The notes beneath the pieces were generated by a model, which saw nothing but the letters and a program-made list of their open reading frames with translations, searched no databases and was not told the origin of the DNA. Positions 59,757 to 64,000 of a stretch of DNA of 64,000 nucleotides are shown here, piece by piece. A program made the translations under genes and the position numbers. The stretch is from the NCBI RefSeq assembly GCF_963921235.1, contig NC_086108.1, forward strand, positions 24,366,001 to 24,430,000, read 5' to 3'. The stretch's first letter is position 1. Each line of letters starts with the position of its first letter. This stretch comes from Mobula hypostoma. Its lineage: Eukaryota.

Positions 59757-61104
59757 CTGAAACTCAAGCTAAACTTTGTTCATCAACAGAGCTGCAACTT
59801 GGTGTACTCCCTTCCAGACTGATGCAGATGCAATATATAAATTGTAATTTATCATAAATTGTTCTTTTCTAGAATGTATGTACAATTTATGTATGGAACA
59901 CCTTTAGAGTAATATTGGATTAACATTTCATATGCACTTATAAACAACGGATGTGACCAGACAGAGAGAAATTTTACAGCATGAATGAATTGTGATGGAC
60001 TGAAGGATGACATATCAGATATGTTACACAGTTTTGTACAGTTTTGAAATTAGTCTAGATTTTTATCAGAAAATGATTCTGTCAAGCTGATTCTAACTCA
60101 GTTGAGGCTACAGGAGGCTAAGCTGACGTTAAGGGCTGGCCACTATTTAAGTGACACCAAACAGTTCTCACCTACGCAAGGCAAGAAGCGGGATCAGAAG
60201 AAATAGTATAAGTCGGAGGTTAGGGAGCTAGAATGATGGTCTACACTTCAAGTAGGTTAATGAATTGAAGTTAGTAATAATGGCCAATCTTTTACATCTA
60301 GTTCATTCTCTTAGATAAGAATTCTTCCATTAAAATTGAATGAGCTTTAATTAATGTGACAAAATGTATCCTAGCAACAAAACCAATGAATGAACATCAA
60401 TGGCAGTGCTGATAACCACAAGGTCATGAGATGTTATCAAAAACATTCTACATTTAAAAGCAAGGGTGAAGATATCTTTACGCAAAATAAAACCCTAGCA
60501 TTACAGCACTACAATAACAGAAGACACAAAAATAATTAGAACAGAAGTAAAAACAAGTAACACCAATTGCTTCAATCTAACCTTATCTAGTTTCATTCTA
60601 AATGCAAGTACACAAATTAAACTCAATGAGAATGATTATCCAGTAACAGCAAATATTTTCAGCCTTCGTGGCCCAATCATTCCTGTTACTTTTCTATCGC
60701 AGGTCCCACTCACAAGCAAAACACTTTAAGGAAACTGATGAGATTTCAGTGTCCCATGTTGTGCAACATGAAGGGTGCAGTTTAGTTGTCAACAGCCATG
60801 ACAGGCAACTAGAGAAAGCTATAATAAAAAGATGCTTCATCATAATCTTTGTATTCAGCTAAACATAATTAAGAGCTGAAATAGTGATATTCAAAGAAGC
60901 TGTTTGTAAATTATTTCTCTGTGATCTGCATTCACATCATTTGGTTCTTCCTTCCTTCTCCTTTGTATTATATCGTACTATCCAAATATTAAAAATATTA
61001 CTTTAAAATGAAAACAAAGGACAGCAAACTCTAGAGAAGTTCACGTCAATGCATAATAAAAAGAAACAGTACAAATTCTTGAAGTTGATAGATTTGGAAA
61101 TCTA

Positions 61105-61500
61105 GAAGTTGGGGTGATTCTTTCAGAAGATCTGTTCTGGGTTTAGCACTAAAGTGTCATTACAACAAAAGCACAACAGTGCCCCTACTTTCTTAGAAGT
61201 TTGTGAAGATTCGGCATGTCATCTAAAACTTTGACAAACTTCTATAGATGCACAGTGGAGAGTATCCCAACTGGTTGCATCATGGCCTGGTATGGAAACA
61301 CCAATGCCCTTGAACAGAAAAGCCTACAAAAAGTAGTGGATACAGCCCAGGACATCACAGTTAAAGTCCTCCCCATCAATGAGCACAACTACATGGAACA
61401 CTATCACAGGAAAGTAGCATCCAACATCTAGGACCTCCACCTTCCACATCATGCTCTCCTCTCACTGCTACCATCAGGAAAGAGGTGCAGCAGCCTCAGG
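61105..61500 (+). mobile_element. Rex-Babar-type LINE 3' coding fragment
   Basis: TLTNFYRCTVESIPTGCIMAWYGN. Confidence 0.85.
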
Positions 61501-63095
61501 CGAGATCCCAGAGGACTGCTGAGTAGCTAGTGCTGTTCCATTATTCAGGAAGGGAACCAGAGGTAATCCTGGAAAGTATAGACTGGCAAGTTTCACGTCA
61601 GTGATCAGGGAGTTACTTGATAAAATTCTTGGGGGTAGTATTGATAAGTATTTGGATAACCATGGCCTAATTATGGAGAGCCAGCATAGCTTTGTGCGGG
61701 GCAAGTCGTGACTTACTAACTTGATTGAGTTTTTTGACAAGGTGATGAGGGTGACTGATTAAGGTAGAGCTGTGGATGTTGTCTACATGGATTTTAATAA
61801 GGCATTTGACTAGGTCTTATCTAGAAGGTTAAGATGCATGGGTTCCATTACCTTATGTATTTAATATTTCAGTAATATTTGAGTAATTTGTATATATTTA
61901 TTTGCTTAAGCATTCTTGTTTATTTAAATAATTGATTACAGGTTAAATGTATTAAATATGTAAATTGTAAAAGTCATCACAGTATCACGTGATGCGTATA
62001 TACCTCACTTAAAGTAAACACAAACTTAGACTCAGGTGTGGGACTTCTGTGTCTTCCGTTGAATTAGTTTAAGGTTTGGAAGTTACAAAACATAACACAT
62101 GGTGAATTGCCCGTTTGGTTTTAGAACTAGTTTGTCCATAGAAGACAGAGGGTAGTGGTCAAAGGGACTTATTCTAGCTGGAGGTCTGTAATCAGAAGTG
62201 TTCTGCAGGGATCTATACTGGGGCCTCCGCTGTTTGTGATATATATAAATGACCTGGTTGAAAATGTAAATGGGTGAGTAAGTAAGTTTGTACAAACGTT
62301 TGTAGATGATACGAAGATTAATGCTATTGTGAATAGTGTAGATGACTAGTAAAGAATAAGGTGGGATTTAGAAAAGTAACAGAGAAGGGTGAAGAATTGG
62401 AACACAGAGATTAACCCAGAAAAATATGAAGAATTGCACTTTGGTAGGTCAAATGTAAAGAGGTAGGACAAAGTTAAGTGCAAGATCCTTAACAGTGTTG
62501 ATGAGCAGAGGGATCTTGGGGCCCGAGCTCATCTTTCCCTGAGCATGACTACACAGATTGATAGGGTGGCTCAGAAGGCATATGGCACGTTTGCCTTTAT
62601 TAGTCAAGACACCGAGTGAAAAGTCAGGAATTTATATTACAGCTTTACAAAACTCACATTAGGCCGCATCTGGAGTATAGCATACAGTACTTGTTGCCCC
62701 ATTATTGGAAAGACAGTGAGGCTTTGGAGAAGGTGCAGAGAAGGTTTACCAGGATGTTGCCTGGAATGATAGGTTGGACATACTTGAGTTCTTTTCTGTA
62801 GCGTGACAGACTCTGAAGAGAGATCTGATCAAGGTTTATAAGATTATGAAAGGCTAGATGGAGCCAACAGACAATATCTTTTTTTCAAGTGATGAAATGT
62901 CTAATGCCAGAGAGCATGCATTTCAGGTGAGAAGGGGTAATTTCAAAAGGAGATGTGAGGGGCAAGTGAGTGGTAATTTCAATACACAGAGGTTGGTGGG
63001 TGCATGGAATATGCTGCTTTGAGAGGTGGTGGAGGCAGATACAACATTTTGGGCCAAAGGGCCTGTTCCTGTGTTGTACTGTTCCTGTTCTCAAT
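61501..63095 (+). mobile_element. Old CR1 LINE fragment
   Basis: PGKYRLASFTS, LTNLIEFFD, DVVYMDFNKAFD, QLYKTHIRPHLEY, CR1 tail. Confidence 0.88.
61851..62097 (+). mobile_element. Probable solo LTR nested in CR1
   Basis: Homologous to 38121-38355; splits CR1 at gggttccat | catggtgaattg. Confidence 0.7.
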
Positions 63096-63509
63096 TCTAA
63101 ATGAGATCGCAACTCAAAGTGAAAGAGCATAAAAATTTGTTTTATGGTAAAACTTTGAAGGTTACATGCATAGAGAGACCTGTTACTGTACAAAAAGTTA
63201 AGATGTGAAAAGCAGTACTTACATGGTAATCAAAATACCATGGAACTGAAATCAAGATAAAGTGTAATACTTACTGTCTCTAATGCTCGCAGTGAAAGCA
63301 GATGGGTATAAAATGTAATGGCAAAGGGAGGGGGGAGGCAGCACTAGAATAAATGCTCAGATATTACACTGCTTACCGTGTCATTTGTAAAAGGAAAAAT
63401 GCTTTAGAATGGAAAATGGAGGATAAATTAAAGCCAGAACTTGGTCATAAAAGTGCATGAATGTCTCATGCAGAACTACAAAGCACCATAGCCTATATTG
63501 CAGAAAATA

Positions 63510-63700
63510 ATTCACAGCATTAATGTAAGAGGTGCACAACCTTCCGAAGTACCCACTAAGAGGTGAAAGGATGTTTTCAAAGACCCTTTGAAGAAGTGTA
63601 GCATCCTTTTTGATTTGTGGGAATCGCTGACCCGTGACCACTCAAAGTGATCAAAGAGCATTAGGGATTTGAATCCATGCATTGAGAGTGTTATGTTTGT
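63510..63700 (+). mobile_element. Old RTE-like 3' fragment
   Basis: KDVFKDPLKKCSI..DLWESLTRDHSK, resembling the RTE C-terminus at 51.4 kb and 10.4 kb. Confidence 0.5.
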
Positions 63701-64000
63701 TCTTAATAAAGACAAACTTACATGAGTAAAAAACTAACACAGTTATTCACAATCAGGGCTTCAACTTGATCAACCTCATTTTACTCGACACACTCCAGCC
63801 CGCCAAGAGTGTGTGTCATCTGTTCACCAACATCACTTCCAGTTCCGGGGTGAACCGCATACATCGCACACTGGAAACTGAAGTTCTTTATCATGTACAC
63901 ACATAATAACATGGAGAACACACAGAAATTGTGAGGAAAGTTGGGTAAATTAGGATTATTTTTTACAGAACAAAGAAGATGTAGGTGAGATTAAATTGAA

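Noticed and set aside
1..64000. CRISPR arrays, operons or other prokaryotic systems
   Set aside because: No regularly spaced repeat-spacer array or dense gene packing; the content is vertebrate-type transposable elements.

Overview
Eukaryotic, repeat-dense, largely non-coding DNA (intronic or intergenic). It is most likely from a cartilaginous fish (ray/skate-like); this is inferred from HE1-type V-SINEs with CR1 tails plus CR1, Rex-Babar and Neptune-type Penelope families. No intact cellular gene is evident. Main contents: (1) many Penelope-like elements (RT + GIY-YIG) whose 3' repeats carry minimal hammerhead-ribozyme motifs and which repeatedly form inverted two-arm insertions; (2) old and young CR1 LINEs, one with an open 520-aa ORF2 fragment; (3) a decayed full-length Rex-Babar LINE with six nested insertions; (4) a complete but defective Gmr1-like Gypsy LTR element (52423-58947) with PR-IN-RT-RH order, tRNA-Pro PBS and ATGT TSD; (5) fragments of HERO (restriction-like endonuclease), RTE, hAT/Charlie, Tc1 and Chapaev3-like elements, SINEs and solo LTRs; (6) an intronless RBM25 pseudogene fragment. 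Less expected are two mosaic patches copied from sequence 1-5 kb away (33501-33638, 40616-40979), a strongly base-paired and possibly pseudoknotted HERO 3' UTR, and two weak minus-strand exon candidates. Family calls come from motif recognition by eye, not from database searches.
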